Below, piece by piece: positions 1 through 8,419 of a DNA stretch of 39,981 nt. Under the pieces are notes generated by a model. The model made no database searches and was not told where the DNA came from. It was given only the letters and a program-made list of their open reading frames with translations. The stretch lies in the IMG/VR virus record IMGVR_UViG_3300045391_002432. One strand, written 5' to 3'. How positions within the stretch are numbered: the first letter of the stretch is position 1; each line of letters begins with the position of its first letter. The position numbers and the translations under genes are program-made. Source of the stretch: a virus.

Positions 1-69
1 TCGCCTTTCTGGTCGTGCTTCTGATAATTCTCGCCAATCATCACTGACCTCCAGCGCCGCCCTGCCGCC
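1..69. repeat. Terminal direct repeat, copy A (identical to 39913..39981)
   Basis: The string tcgcctttctggtcgtgcttctgataattctcgccaatcatcactgacctccagcgccgccctgccgcc occurs at both window ends. Confidence 0.95.
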
Positions 70-1705
70 CTGCCATCATCGCGGCCAGCAGTAGGCGCTG
101 ATTTTCACTCGGCCCCAGCAGCGCCGACTGACCTAGCGGGCTCATCACCGCCTTCCCCGCCAGTTCGGGGAACGCCATGCCCGCCAATGCAGCGCCGCCC
201 GTCGTCAACCAGTCACCCCCGTTGAACATGCTCGCCGCAGCAGCGCCGGCAGCGGCCGGGATCGCTCGCGCGGCGAGGCGGCCGGCGGTGCCCGAGTTGC
301 CGGGCATATCCTTCATCGTTGAGACGCCAGCGTTCGCCAGATCGGTCAGGTTCGCCCGACCCTCGGCGATGGCCGCCGGCCCGTTGCCGCCGCCCGCGAT
401 GGCCGAGCGCAGCCGGCCGGGATCGATCATGCCGTTCGCCGCCTCGACGCCGGCTCCCGTCATCGTCCTGTTGACGGTCATGAGGTTTGCATATTGGCGG
501 CGGGCGTCGCGCCATGCCTGCAACTGCGGCCCTGAAAGGCTGCGCTCGACCGCGTCATCCAGCGCATTGCGGAAGCCGTCCAGGGCCTCGCCGGTTGGAA
601 CGTCTGCCGAAGCGCCAAGCTCACGAAGCTTGGTCATCATTTCCTTGTAGTTGTCGCCAGCGAGGACGCCGCCGTTCTGCGCTGACATCTGGCCCATGCG
701 GTTCATCAGGCCTTCGACCACAGGGGCGATCTGCGGGGCCACCTGTTGATAGTCGACGGCGGTGTTCAAAAGCTCGTTTTGGAGCGCCTGATCGAAAGGC
801 ACGGCCGTCGAGGCCGCCAGCTGATCGAACGCACCGCCGATGCGAGTGCGGGCCGCAGCGAGGTTTTCCGGCAGCGCCGGGCCGCCGGCCTCGCCGAGCC
901 GGCGCATGGTCGCATCCGTGAAACCAGACTTCTGACCTTCGATGAGGCGGGCAAAGTCACCGCCGCCCAGTTCGCTTTCGACGTTCTTGGCGAAATTCGA
1001 GCCGGTCTGCTGGCCTGCGGTGAGCGGGATGCCCTCGCGCTGCATAAGGGCCACGTTCGCCTCACGGGCGGCCTCACGGGCGCTCGGGCCGCCAGCAAGG
1101 GCGCTTCCCCCAGCCGCGCCGCCGAAGCCCCCAGCGAGGCCGCCGATGATCCTGCCGGCGGTCTCGTGGCCGTACGCCTGTCCAAGCTCGCCGCCGGCTT
1201 CAGAGCCGAGGCCGCCGCCCAGCGCCGCCGCGAGCTTCGTCCAAATGCCGCCGGGCCCGACGACCGCGCCGGGCACCTGCTCGGCGACCGAGCGCGTGTA
1301 GCGGCCGGGCCGGGTCTGGGGCTCGTACGCCGGGCCCATATACTGATTGGTGACCGCCTGGACATCCGGGGTCATGACGCCGGTCGAGCGCAGGCCCATC
1401 GGCATCTGATCCCTGACCTCGTCGGTGATCTTGTCGCCGAACAGCGCCCGCGAGACGCGCGAGGCGGTGCGCTGCGTGAAGTCGTTCACATCGCCCGGCA
1501 TGCCGATCAGGAACTCGGTGCCGCGCCGCAAGCCGGCCCCGGCCGAGTGCCACATGTCGGACGCGACCGAAGGCTCGGCCGGGGCTGCTGCTGGGGCCGA
1601 GCCGCCAACCTGCTGCTGGACGTGGGCGAGCGCTTCGTCGGCGGTGCCGTTGCCGGTCACCTTGTACCTTTTGCCGTCCGGGCCGGTGACGATGAAGCTT
1701 CCCAT
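41..1705 (-). CDS. Internal virion / ejection protein candidate, Gly/Ala-rich (554 aa)
   Basis: Longest ORF in its frame. ATG 1705 shares one nt with the upstream stop (TGATG junction). It is the last of the large low-complexity proteins after the transglycosylase. The function is assigned by position only. Confidence 0.6.
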   Translation of the reverse strand: MGSFIVTGPDGKRYKVTGNGTADEALAHVQQQVGGSAPAAAPAEPSVASDMWHSAGAGLRRGTEFLIGMPGDVNDFTQRTASRVSRALFGDKITDEVRDQMPMGLRSTGVMTPDVQAVTNQYMGPAYEPQTRPGRYTRSVAEQVPGAVVGPGGIWTKLAAALGGGLGSEAGGELGQAYGHETAGRIIGGLAGGFGGAAGGSALAGGPSAREAAREANVALMQREGIPLTAGQQTGSNFAKNVESELGGGDFARLIEGQKSGFTDATMRRLGEAGGPALPENLAAARTRIGGAFDQLAASTAVPFDQALQNELLNTAVDYQQVAPQIAPVVEGLMNRMGQMSAQNGGVLAGDNYKEMMTKLRELGASADVPTGEALDGFRNALDDAVERSLSGPQLQAWRDARRQYANLMTVNRTMTGAGVEAANGMIDPGRLRSAIAGGGNGPAAIAEGRANLTDLANAGVSTMKDMPGNSGTAGRLAARAIPAAAGAAAASMFNGGDWLTTGGAALAGMAFPELAGKAVMSPLGQSALLGPSENQRLLLAAMMAGRQGGAGGQ

Positions 1706-2967
1706 CAGGGCACCTCCTCGACCTTCCAGCCGCCGCCAGCGCCAGCCGGCTTGTCACCGCCCTTGTCGGGGCCGCCGGTCGCCTCGATGAGCGCCCGGAG
1801 TTCCGGCGTCATGATCGACTGATGGTTGAGCTTGCCAAGCTGGTTGCGCGCCTGAGCGTCGTTGAGGTCGCCATTCCGCCACGCGGTCACGATGTCGGCG
1901 CGCTGCATGTCGAGTTGCGACTTCGCCTTGATCATGCCCGAGATGGCCGAATTGGCCTCAGGGTAATTGCCCAGCTTGGGCAGGCTGTCGACCATGCCGG
2001 CGTACTCGATGTCGGAGGTCGAGCCCGAGCCGGTCACGCGCATCTGCGGCGCAAGCCGCTTCACAACGGCATTGAAGGCCGCGCCCGCGCTGCTGGCACC
2101 GGGAAACATCTTCTGGATCGTGCCGGGCACCGGGCCCTGCGGTGCGACCTTCGAAAGCTCATCGAGAATTTGCATGTCGTTGGTGACCGCCGCCGCCTTA
2201 TTGCCGGCCTCGGCATAGCTGTTCCAAAGCTCGCCCTCTTTCGTGTCGAACGACTGCCTGAGCTTGTTCGAGGTGTCGCCTGTGTTGATGATGGTGCTGG
2301 CCGCCGGGGCGGTCTCCTTGGCAATGGCTTTGTCCCTGAGGGCCATGGCCTCGGGCGACTTCGGATCGCCGTACTTGCCGGCGTTGAAGTCTCCCATGAT
2401 CTTGCCCTCGGGGCTGTTCGGCTCACCGGCCTTGATCGTGGCCGCGTCGATAGCCGCCTGCCGCTCCTTGGCATTCTCGGAGGCGGTGGCCGCCAGCGTC
2501 TTGTCCGTCTGGCTCGATTGGAAGCCCTGCTGCTCCTTGGTCTGGCCTGACTGCCAATCGCGCTGGCTCTGGACGTCGGCCAGCTGCTGCTCGCGCTGCC
2601 GGCGCGACCGGATCGCCTCGACGGCAAGCTGGGTGAGGTTGTCGGCATAGCCGGGGTCGTAGAGGCTGGCCTGTCCGATCTGGTCGGCGCTCGGGCCTTG
2701 GTCGAGGTTGATGCCGGCCCTGAGCTTGGCCAGCGCCTCGCGGCCGGCGGCCAGCTGCGCCTCGGTCGAGGCACCCTGCCGGGCGTTGACGAAGGCCTCG
2801 GCGAGTTGCGCCGCGCCCTGCCATGGCGAAATCATCTGACGCGGCGCAGCGATCTGGCCGCGCGCAGCGGCGATTTCCTTCTGGCGCGCCATCAGAGCGT
2901 CAAGCGTCATGCCGCCGGTCGGGTCGACCGGGACGCCAGCGGAAGTGGTGGAAGCGATGCGCGGCAT
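1705..2967 (-). CDS. Internal virion / ejection protein candidate (420 aa)
   Basis: One-nt TGATG junctions at both ends (1705 and 2967). Q/A/K-rich with a Gly-rich tail. The function is assigned by position only. Confidence 0.6.
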   Translation of the reverse strand: MPRIASTTSAGVPVDPTGGMTLDALMARQKEIAAARGQIAAPRQMISPWQGAAQLAEAFVNARQGASTEAQLAAGREALAKLRAGINLDQGPSADQIGQASLYDPGYADNLTQLAVEAIRSRRQREQQLADVQSQRDWQSGQTKEQQGFQSSQTDKTLAATASENAKERQAAIDAATIKAGEPNSPEGKIMGDFNAGKYGDPKSPEAMALRDKAIAKETAPAASTIINTGDTSNKLRQSFDTKEGELWNSYAEAGNKAAAVTNDMQILDELSKVAPQGPVPGTIQKMFPGASSAGAAFNAVVKRLAPQMRVTGSGSTSDIEYAGMVDSLPKLGNYPEANSAISGMIKAKSQLDMQRADIVTAWRNGDLNDAQARNQLGKLNHQSIMTPELRALIEATGGPDKGGDKPAGAGGGWKVEEVP

Positions 2968-3821
2968 CAGAATAGCCTCCCTGAATTGAGGCGCTGCATG
3001 GCCAGCGCCAGCATCTGGCGCTGCGCCTCGGCCTGCTGAGCGTCGATGGTTGCGACCTCGCCCTGATCGATGCGGGCCGCGTCAGGCTGCATGGCACCGC
3101 GAGGCGGGCTGATCTGGCCGCCGCCGCCGAAGCCTGCCGCGCCCATCTTGCCGATGTTCTTGGCGATCTGCTGCCACCACGTCGCCGCCGGGGCCGCCGG
3201 GGCCCCCACAGGGGCGGCAGCGCCTGCGGCGGCCTCAGAGCCCGCACCGCCGCCGGCCGCCTCTACGGGGCCCGCAGGGCGGTTTGTGAATAGGTTGGCG
3301 AGGACACCGCGAGGATCGGAGCCACGACCGCCGCCAGCGGCCTCCACGGGCCCCTGTGGCCGTGTCGAATAGCCGGCGGGCTCGATCTGCTCCTGACCCT
3401 TCGGACCGTCCATCACTTGCGGCTGAGCCGCCTGCGTCGGCATGGCCTTCGGATCGATGCCAGCCCAGCGCGGAATGCCGGTGTTTGCCGCGCCCATCCA
3501 TTGCCGCCAGCCGTCGCGCTTGGCGGTGTCCAGGGCGAAGTCCACCTGCTGCTGCCACGTCGAGGCGTCGTTCGCCCGCAGGCCAGTCTTCCGGGTGAAC
3601 TCGTCGCCCAGACCGGGGTTCGGCATGCTCCGCGACATGCCGGCGTAATGCAGCTGGAACGGGCCGAACGACGAGCCCTCGTCGCCGCCTCGATCCGGCT
3701 TGGTCGGGTCGAAGACGTTCAGCGCCTCGGACTTGGCCACGCGCACCGCATACTCGGGGTCGATGCCCCGAGCGATGGCGGCTTGCCGGATGTAGGCTTC
3801 GACTTGCGGGTTTGCGGGCAT
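2967..3821 (-). CDS. Virion-associated lytic transglycosylase (SLT-like N-terminal domain) with Gly/Ala/Pro-rich C-terminal half
   Basis: The N-terminus (...AVRVAKSEALNVF...SSFGPFQLHYAG...) resembles the SLT catalytic Glu-Ser motif and the G-x-x-Q motif. The C-terminal half carries a duplicated GPVEAAGGG unit. Confidence 0.65.
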   Translation of the reverse strand: MPANPQVEAYIRQAAIARGIDPEYAVRVAKSEALNVFDPTKPDRGGDEGSSFGPFQLHYAGMSRSMPNPGLGDEFTRKTGLRANDASTWQQQVDFALDTAKRDGWRQWMGAANTGIPRWAGIDPKAMPTQAAQPQVMDGPKGQEQIEPAGYSTRPQGPVEAAGGGRGSDPRGVLANLFTNRPAGPVEAAGGGAGSEAAAGAAAPVGAPAAPAATWWQQIAKNIGKMGAAGFGGGGQISPPRGAMQPDAARIDQGEVATIDAQQAEAQRQMLALAMQRLNSGRLF

Positions 3822-4192
3822 CAGTGACCTCCCCAGCCTCCCCCGCCGGCCGAGCCGCCGCGACCGCCGGCCGAGCCCTCGCCGCCGCGATAGATCGGGT
3901 CCTGCTTCGGCTTCTTGGCCGCCTGCATGGCCGCCAGCTGGTTGCGCAGATCAGCGATCTGGCTGTCGTAATTGCCGCCGCCCGCAGCCGGCGGCGTAGC
4001 CGGCCCGTTCGTCGCATCGATTGCCGACAACATCTCGGGCGTCAGCCCCCTCGACGGCACGTTGGTGTCGCCGAGGAAGTTGATGAAGTGCGACTGGAGC
4101 GGCGTCGAGCCGCCGAGCCCGGCGATCATGCTCGGGGGCGGTCCTGGCCCACGCGGCGGTTCGGAATAATCGCCACCACTACTGGAGCCCAT
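3821..4192 (-). CDS. Small Gly-rich virion protein, function unknown (123 aa)
   Basis: SD AAGGAGAG lies just upstream of ATG 4192. A one-nt junction links it to the next gene at 3821. Confidence 0.6.
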   Translation of the reverse strand: MGSSSGGDYSEPPRGPGPPPSMIAGLGGSTPLQSHFINFLGDTNVPSRGLTPEMLSAIDATNGPATPPAAGGGNYDSQIADLRNQLAAMQAAKKPKQDPIYRGGEGSAGGRGGSAGGGGWGGH

Positions 4193-5342
4193 AGCTCTCT
4201 CCTTTCGAAAACAGGAGGCCGTAATCGACCATGTCGAAGCCGTCGATTTCGTGGACAGCCTCGGGGTGCAGCGAGCGCACTTCGTCGGCCATCACGCCGA
4301 CATGAAGCTCGGGAAGGCCGCGATAGCGGAACCAGTAGAGCGGCGCGCCAGCGAGGGCGGTGCCGACCGGCTCGATGTCCTCTTTCAGCCGGCGATCCGA
4401 GGCGAACATGCCGCCGGGGCCGAACATGCCGCCGACCGCCGCCGAGCCCAGACCGAAGATCCCCTGATTTGCCGCGTTGGCCGCTTGCAGCTGGCTCTGG
4501 TAGGCGTCCTGCATGTACTGGCCGACCGGGGCGGCGTTGACGCCCTGCCGGCTGAACGGCTGGAATTGCGGCGTCGTCACCTGACCCATGCCCATGAGCG
4601 CGGCAACCTCGTTCGGCAGCTGGTTGCGTAGCGCCGTGTCGGAGGTCTGCTGAGCCTGCCGCAGGTTGTTCAGGAACGACGAATAGTCGGACCCCATCTG
4701 GTACTTTTGCGTCGCGGCCTGATTGTAGGCGTCCTGCGCGGCGCGGCTTTCCTGACCGCTGGCGAGGTAGGCCTGATTGGTCGCGTCGGTCAGTGCCCTC
4801 TGGCGGGTGTCATCGACACTCGCGTACTGGGCCGAGCCGGGGTTGAGACCTCGCGCCGCCAGCTGGGCGTCCTGCGCGGCGTTCTGCTTGTCGGCATTCT
4901 CACGGTAGCGGGCCATCATAGCCTGCTCGATGGCGGGCCGGTCGGTCGCCGATTGATCCTGCCTGATGTCGGTCGGGGCCTGACCGCTCGACCATTGCTG
5001 CCACTTCGACGGATCGAGCGAGGTCTTGAACTGGTCGGAAAGCCCGGCGCTCGCGGTGACCGCCGCCTGCCCGGCGTTGCCCTGCGCCTGCGTTTGCAGG
5101 CCGAGCAGCTTCATCTGGTCGGGCGACAGCTGCACGTCGCGCTGGTAGCGCGGCACGTAGGTCGGGTTGCCCTTGGCGTCGTAAATCGTCTCGTAGCCGG
5201 TGTTCGTGTACTTCACGGAACCGTAGGGATTGGTCTCGTTCGCATTGTTGATGATCGATGAGGCCTGAGCCCCATAGAGGTCAGCCGACTGCTGCGCGGC
5301 GGCCTGCGTGTAAGGGTTGGGCGGGCTAGGAGTGGAGACCAT
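4179..5342 (-). CDS. Q/A-rich fibre- or needle-like protein with C-terminal intramolecular-chaperone (peptidase S74-type) domain (387 aa)
   Basis: The last 73 aa (SDRRLKEDIEPVG...LYWFRY...HVGVMADEV...VDYGLL) match the S74/CIMCD signature, including the Ser-Asp cleavage site. SD GGAGG lies upstream of ATG 5342. Confidence 0.75.
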   Translation of the reverse strand: MVSTPSPPNPYTQAAAQQSADLYGAQASSIINNANETNPYGSVKYTNTGYETIYDAKGNPTYVPRYQRDVQLSPDQMKLLGLQTQAQGNAGQAAVTASAGLSDQFKTSLDPSKWQQWSSGQAPTDIRQDQSATDRPAIEQAMMARYRENADKQNAAQDAQLAARGLNPGSAQYASVDDTRQRALTDATNQAYLASGQESRAAQDAYNQAATQKYQMGSDYSSFLNNLRQAQQTSDTALRNQLPNEVAALMGMGQVTTPQFQPFSRQGVNAAPVGQYMQDAYQSQLQAANAANQGIFGLGSAAVGGMFGPGGMFASDRRLKEDIEPVGTALAGAPLYWFRYRGLPELHVGVMADEVRSLHPEAVHEIDGFDMVDYGLLFSKGESYGLQ

Positions 5343-5820
5343 GGAAACCTCCGAAGAAAGGGGCCGGCTGGACGGTCGCGAGCGCCGGCTCGTAGCCGGG
5401 CAGGAACGGGCAGTCCTCGCGCAGCATGCCGAACATCAGAGCGTCGCGGTTGCCCTCGACGCCCTTGCGGATGAAGCCCTCGTAAACGAAGCCCATGCGC
5501 CGGGTCTGCTCGGCGGCGGTCTCGTTGTCGGGCGAGACGAGCGCGGTGATCCTGACCGCCCGCGAAAACAGCGCCGTGAAGATCGTGCGCAGCAGCCGCC
5601 GCGACATGCACCGCCGGTCGGCGATGGCGCAGGAAAAGTGCGCGTCGAACCACGTCTTGAACTCGCCTGTGGCGACGCCCATCAACTCGCCGGCCGGCGA
5701 GCGGACGGTGACGCAGAACCAGCGCGGCGTGGTGAAATCGGTCAGCATGAAATCGATCCCCGTGGCCTCGCTCAGGAAGACGACGGCGTCGGGCTCAAGG
5801 GGCTCAAAGGAGGGCTTCAT
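5326..5820 (-). CDS. GNAT-family N-acetyltransferase (164 aa)
   Basis: The start was moved to ATG 5820, which forms an ATGA overlap with the stop of the 520-aa gene. The core (...RRLLRTIFTALFSRAVRITALVSPDNETAAEQTRRMGFVYEGFIRK...) looks like GNAT motif A plus the following strand. Confidence 0.65.
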   Translation of the reverse strand: MKPSFEPLEPDAVVFLSEATGIDFMLTDFTTPRWFCVTVRSPAGELMGVATGEFKTWFDAHFSCAIADRRCMSRRLLRTIFTALFSRAVRITALVSPDNETAAEQTRRMGFVYEGFIRKGVEGNRDALMFGMLREDCPFLPGYEPALATVQPAPFFGGFHGLHS

Positions 5821-7379
5821 CCGAACACGCTCCCGCTCTCGAAAAGCACGTCCCAGCCGGTCAGCGTCAGGCTGCAATTCGACACCAGCGCCACGAGACG
5901 CGGCGCGCCGACGCGGCCGATCCGGCCAACGCCCGACCAGTTATTCCAGCTGGTCGCCGAGCCCGCCCAGGCATCGACGTCCCACGTCGCGGTGTCCCAG
6001 AGCGCGCCGCTGCCACTGCCGATGGTGACGTCGGGCTGGTTGGTCGGCGCGGTCATGTCGTAATCGACCTTGATGTCGACAAAGGGCGCAGGAATGCCGT
6101 CGCTCTGGAGATAGGGCAGCACCATCTTGAACTGCTTCGTGGCAGGCGTGCCGAAGCTTGACCAAGCCGCCTGCACATCGACCCGGATGGGCACCCCGGC
6201 GTCGGAAAGGTTGAACTGGCTGACCTCGTAGACCTTGCCGTCGTCCGAGCCGACGAACAGCCGGTTGTCGATCCAGCCCCATGCGCGAGACGGCAGTCCC
6301 GACCATGACGACCACTGCTGGCCGGGCATGTTGCGCACCATCTGGCGATAGGACTTGCCGCCCTGCGGCATGTTGCAGATCATCCGGCCCGACGAGTGAT
6401 CGAGCATCACCGCCCAGCCGGGGAAATTGCGCTTGTCGGACGCGGCGAGGAAGGTCGTGTAATTCTGGCGGTCGGCGATCTTGCCCAGCTGCTCGCTCTC
6501 GGCGCGCATCAGCTGAGACATCGGCACCAAGCCGGTCGAGATAAGCACGAACAACTCGCCGCCAAAGTTGACCACGGAGTGCTTCGACATGGGGCTGTCG
6601 AAGCGATAGACGCCCGTGAGCGCCATGTCGGTGTCGGGGTCGGTGCCGGCGTAAATCGCGGCCTCGCCATTCGATGAGAAAATCACCAGCTGGTCGTCAA
6701 GGCCGCCGCCGCCGTCGACGGTCCACGAGGCGATGGCCCGGATGGTGCCGCCGTGCCTGAACACCGCGTTGAGCGGAAGCTCCTTGACCTCACCAGACTT
6801 CTGCTGGAGCGGCAGGTAATAAACCGAACGGTTGGTGCCGTCGGCGAACCAGAGCCGGTTGATGTGCGAGGCGATCACCTGAAACTGGTCGGGAACGATG
6901 TCGGGCCGGCCGGCCGGGGCGGTGACCGCCTCGTGGACGAAGGCAGCGCCGTCCCACGACCAGACCCCATCCTGCCCGTTCACCATGACCGTGAAGGCGG
7001 TCGCGGCGAGGTTGGAAAAGGCGGTCGAGGCCCAGTCGTTTGCGAGAAAGCCGCTATGCAGGACGGTGCCGGCGAGGTCGACCAGCTTGCCCCCGGAAGC
7101 GGCGGCGAGCTTGTTGGGCGCGCCGTAGAATGGCACGAAGCTTTCGACCGGCGCGCCGCCGGCAATGGTGACCGCGAGGTTGATGCCTGGACGCGACCGG
7201 ATGAGGTTTTCCTCCACGGTCCAATTGTCCAGCACCAAGGCGGTGAGCGGGTCACCCTCGACCAACTTTGACGACAGCGACAGGCCCTTGAGCGGCGCGC
7301 TGATGTGCTTGAGCGCCGCCACCCGCCGCTTGATCTGGGCGGGCTTCGGCATGGCGTAGCGGCTGGGCATCATCCTCAT
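5817..7379 (-). CDS. Large tail/hub structural protein (520 aa), in the position of P22 gp10
   Basis: ATG 7379 forms an ATGA overlap with the upstream stop. The protein is beta-rich with repetitive segments. The function is inferred from gene order only. Confidence 0.5.
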   Translation of the reverse strand: MRMMPSRYAMPKPAQIKRRVAALKHISAPLKGLSLSSKLVEGDPLTALVLDNWTVEENLIRSRPGINLAVTIAGGAPVESFVPFYGAPNKLAAASGGKLVDLAGTVLHSGFLANDWASTAFSNLAATAFTVMVNGQDGVWSWDGAAFVHEAVTAPAGRPDIVPDQFQVIASHINRLWFADGTNRSVYYLPLQQKSGEVKELPLNAVFRHGGTIRAIASWTVDGGGGLDDQLVIFSSNGEAAIYAGTDPDTDMALTGVYRFDSPMSKHSVVNFGGELFVLISTGLVPMSQLMRAESEQLGKIADRQNYTTFLAASDKRNFPGWAVMLDHSSGRMICNMPQGGKSYRQMVRNMPGQQWSSWSGLPSRAWGWIDNRLFVGSDDGKVYEVSQFNLSDAGVPIRVDVQAAWSSFGTPATKQFKMVLPYLQSDGIPAPFVDIKVDYDMTAPTNQPDVTIGSGSGALWDTATWDVDAWAGSATSWNNWSGVGRIGRVGAPRLVALVSNCSLTLTGWDVLFESGSVFG

Positions 7380-7795
7380 GAGACGCGGCCCTCGTCGCAA
7401 TCGAGGTCGAGGACGACGGCATTGGCGCGCGCGCCGAGCTTGTTGAGGCGGGTCAGGAAGTCCCGCATCTCTTCGCCGAACTCGAGGCCCTTGGCTTTCA
7501 GGAAGCGATACTTGAGGCCGTCGATGGCCAGCCGGCCGTCGAAGCCGATCAGGTCGCTGTCGCTGTCGATCTTGGCCTTCGGCTCCTCGTCGGCCGAAAA
7601 GACCCAGATGCCGTCGCCGAGGGTCACCTTGTAAGGCTGTTCAAGTAATACCTCGTCGGCGACCGTCGACAGCAGCGCCAGCATCTGGACGATGTCCTGA
7701 TCAGACGACCCGACCGCCGTGGTCGCCGGCTTCTGCGCGATGCCGATTTCCATGGACGCTTGCGAAATGCAGTCGAGGACGCTGATCAGGGCCAT
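7376..7795 (-). CDS. Head-tail adaptor/head-completion candidate (139 aa)
   Basis: A compact acidic protein between the capsid genes and the hub-like gene. It is separated from the upstream stop by 2 nt. The call is by position. Confidence 0.45.
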   Translation of the reverse strand: MALISVLDCISQASMEIGIAQKPATTAVGSSDQDIVQMLALLSTVADEVLLEQPYKVTLGDGIWVFSADEEPKAKIDSDSDLIGFDGRLAIDGLKYRFLKAKGLEFGEEMRDFLTRLNKLGARANAVVLDLDCDEGRVS

Positions 7796-7797
7796 GC

Positions 7798-8334
7798 TCA
7801 GGCGGCCTTCATCTTGAGGGTGTTAATCAGCGAGTTCTGGGCGGAAATGGTGCCCTTCATCTCGTTGACCTGCTCTTGCAGCGCCTCGATCTGGCCGTCC
7901 CGGTCGCGGATCATCGCTTCGAATTTTCCGATGTTCGATGACAGCGCCAGCATCTGCTTGGCGCGCTCGATGAGCGCCTTGAACTCGCCGGGCGTGTTCT
8001 GGTCGGGCCGGGTCTTGGCCAGCTGCTCGATGGTGCTGATGCCGCGAGCGGTGAGCGCCTTGAACTGGGCCGGGGTGATCACCGGCCAGAGCGCCAGCGG
8101 GAAGCCCTCTTTCGTCGGCTCTTGCATGCGAGCGCCCTGCTCCTTCAGGAACAGCTGATAGGGGCCAGGGTAGTCTTCGAAATCGGCCTCGGTCGCCTCG
8201 TAATAGACCTCCGTGTGCGGCGGCACGGATTTGATGATGCGGACGGTCTCGCGATAGCGCGGCAGGCCGTCGTCGGACACGCCGTCTTGCGCCCAGCTGG
8301 GCTCGAAACGGACCAGTGCTTGGCTTGCTTCCAT
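7798..8334 (-). CDS. Structural protein of unknown role with C-terminal coiled coil (178 aa)
   Basis: It is the first gene after the major capsid gene. The C-terminus (...RDRDGQIEALQEQVNEMKGTISAQNSLINTLKM) shows heptad-like repeats. A decoration or head-fibre role is only a guess. Confidence 0.55.
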   Translation of the reverse strand: MEASQALVRFEPSWAQDGVSDDGLPRYRETVRIIKSVPPHTEVYYEATEADFEDYPGPYQLFLKEQGARMQEPTKEGFPLALWPVITPAQFKALTARGISTIEQLAKTRPDQNTPGEFKALIERAKQMLALSSNIGKFEAMIRDRDGQIEALQEQVNEMKGTISAQNSLINTLKMKAA

Positions 8335-8356
8335 TGCAGTCTTTCTCCCTTTTGGT

Positions 8357-8397
8357 GGGGACGACCGCTGGAAAGGAAGGAACCAGCAGCCGTCCCC
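8357..8397 (-). promoter_or_regulatory. Stem-loop immediately downstream of the major capsid gene
   Basis: Arms 8357..8371 and 8383..8397 pair as 7 bp + 3-nt internal mismatch + 5 bp, with an 11-nt loop. No U-run follows on the transcribed (minus) strand. Confidence 0.4.
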
Positions 8398-8419
8398 GGT
8401 TTTGCCCGTTTAAGGCAAC

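Noticed and set aside
1-69. Treating the 69-nt terminal identity as proof of a biological direct terminal repeat
   Set aside because: An assembler overlap of a circular or circularly permuted genome gives the same picture. The presence of terS/terL and an integrase does not discriminate, so read-level evidence is needed.
746-1822. A long plus-strand ORF (358 aa) and several others (177..650, 487..921, 942..1301) antisense to the 554-aa gene
   Set aside because: Their Arg/Ala/Gly/Pro-rich composition is typical of shadow frames in GC-rich DNA. They have no SD or start context, and the opposite strand fits the tightly coupled late operon.
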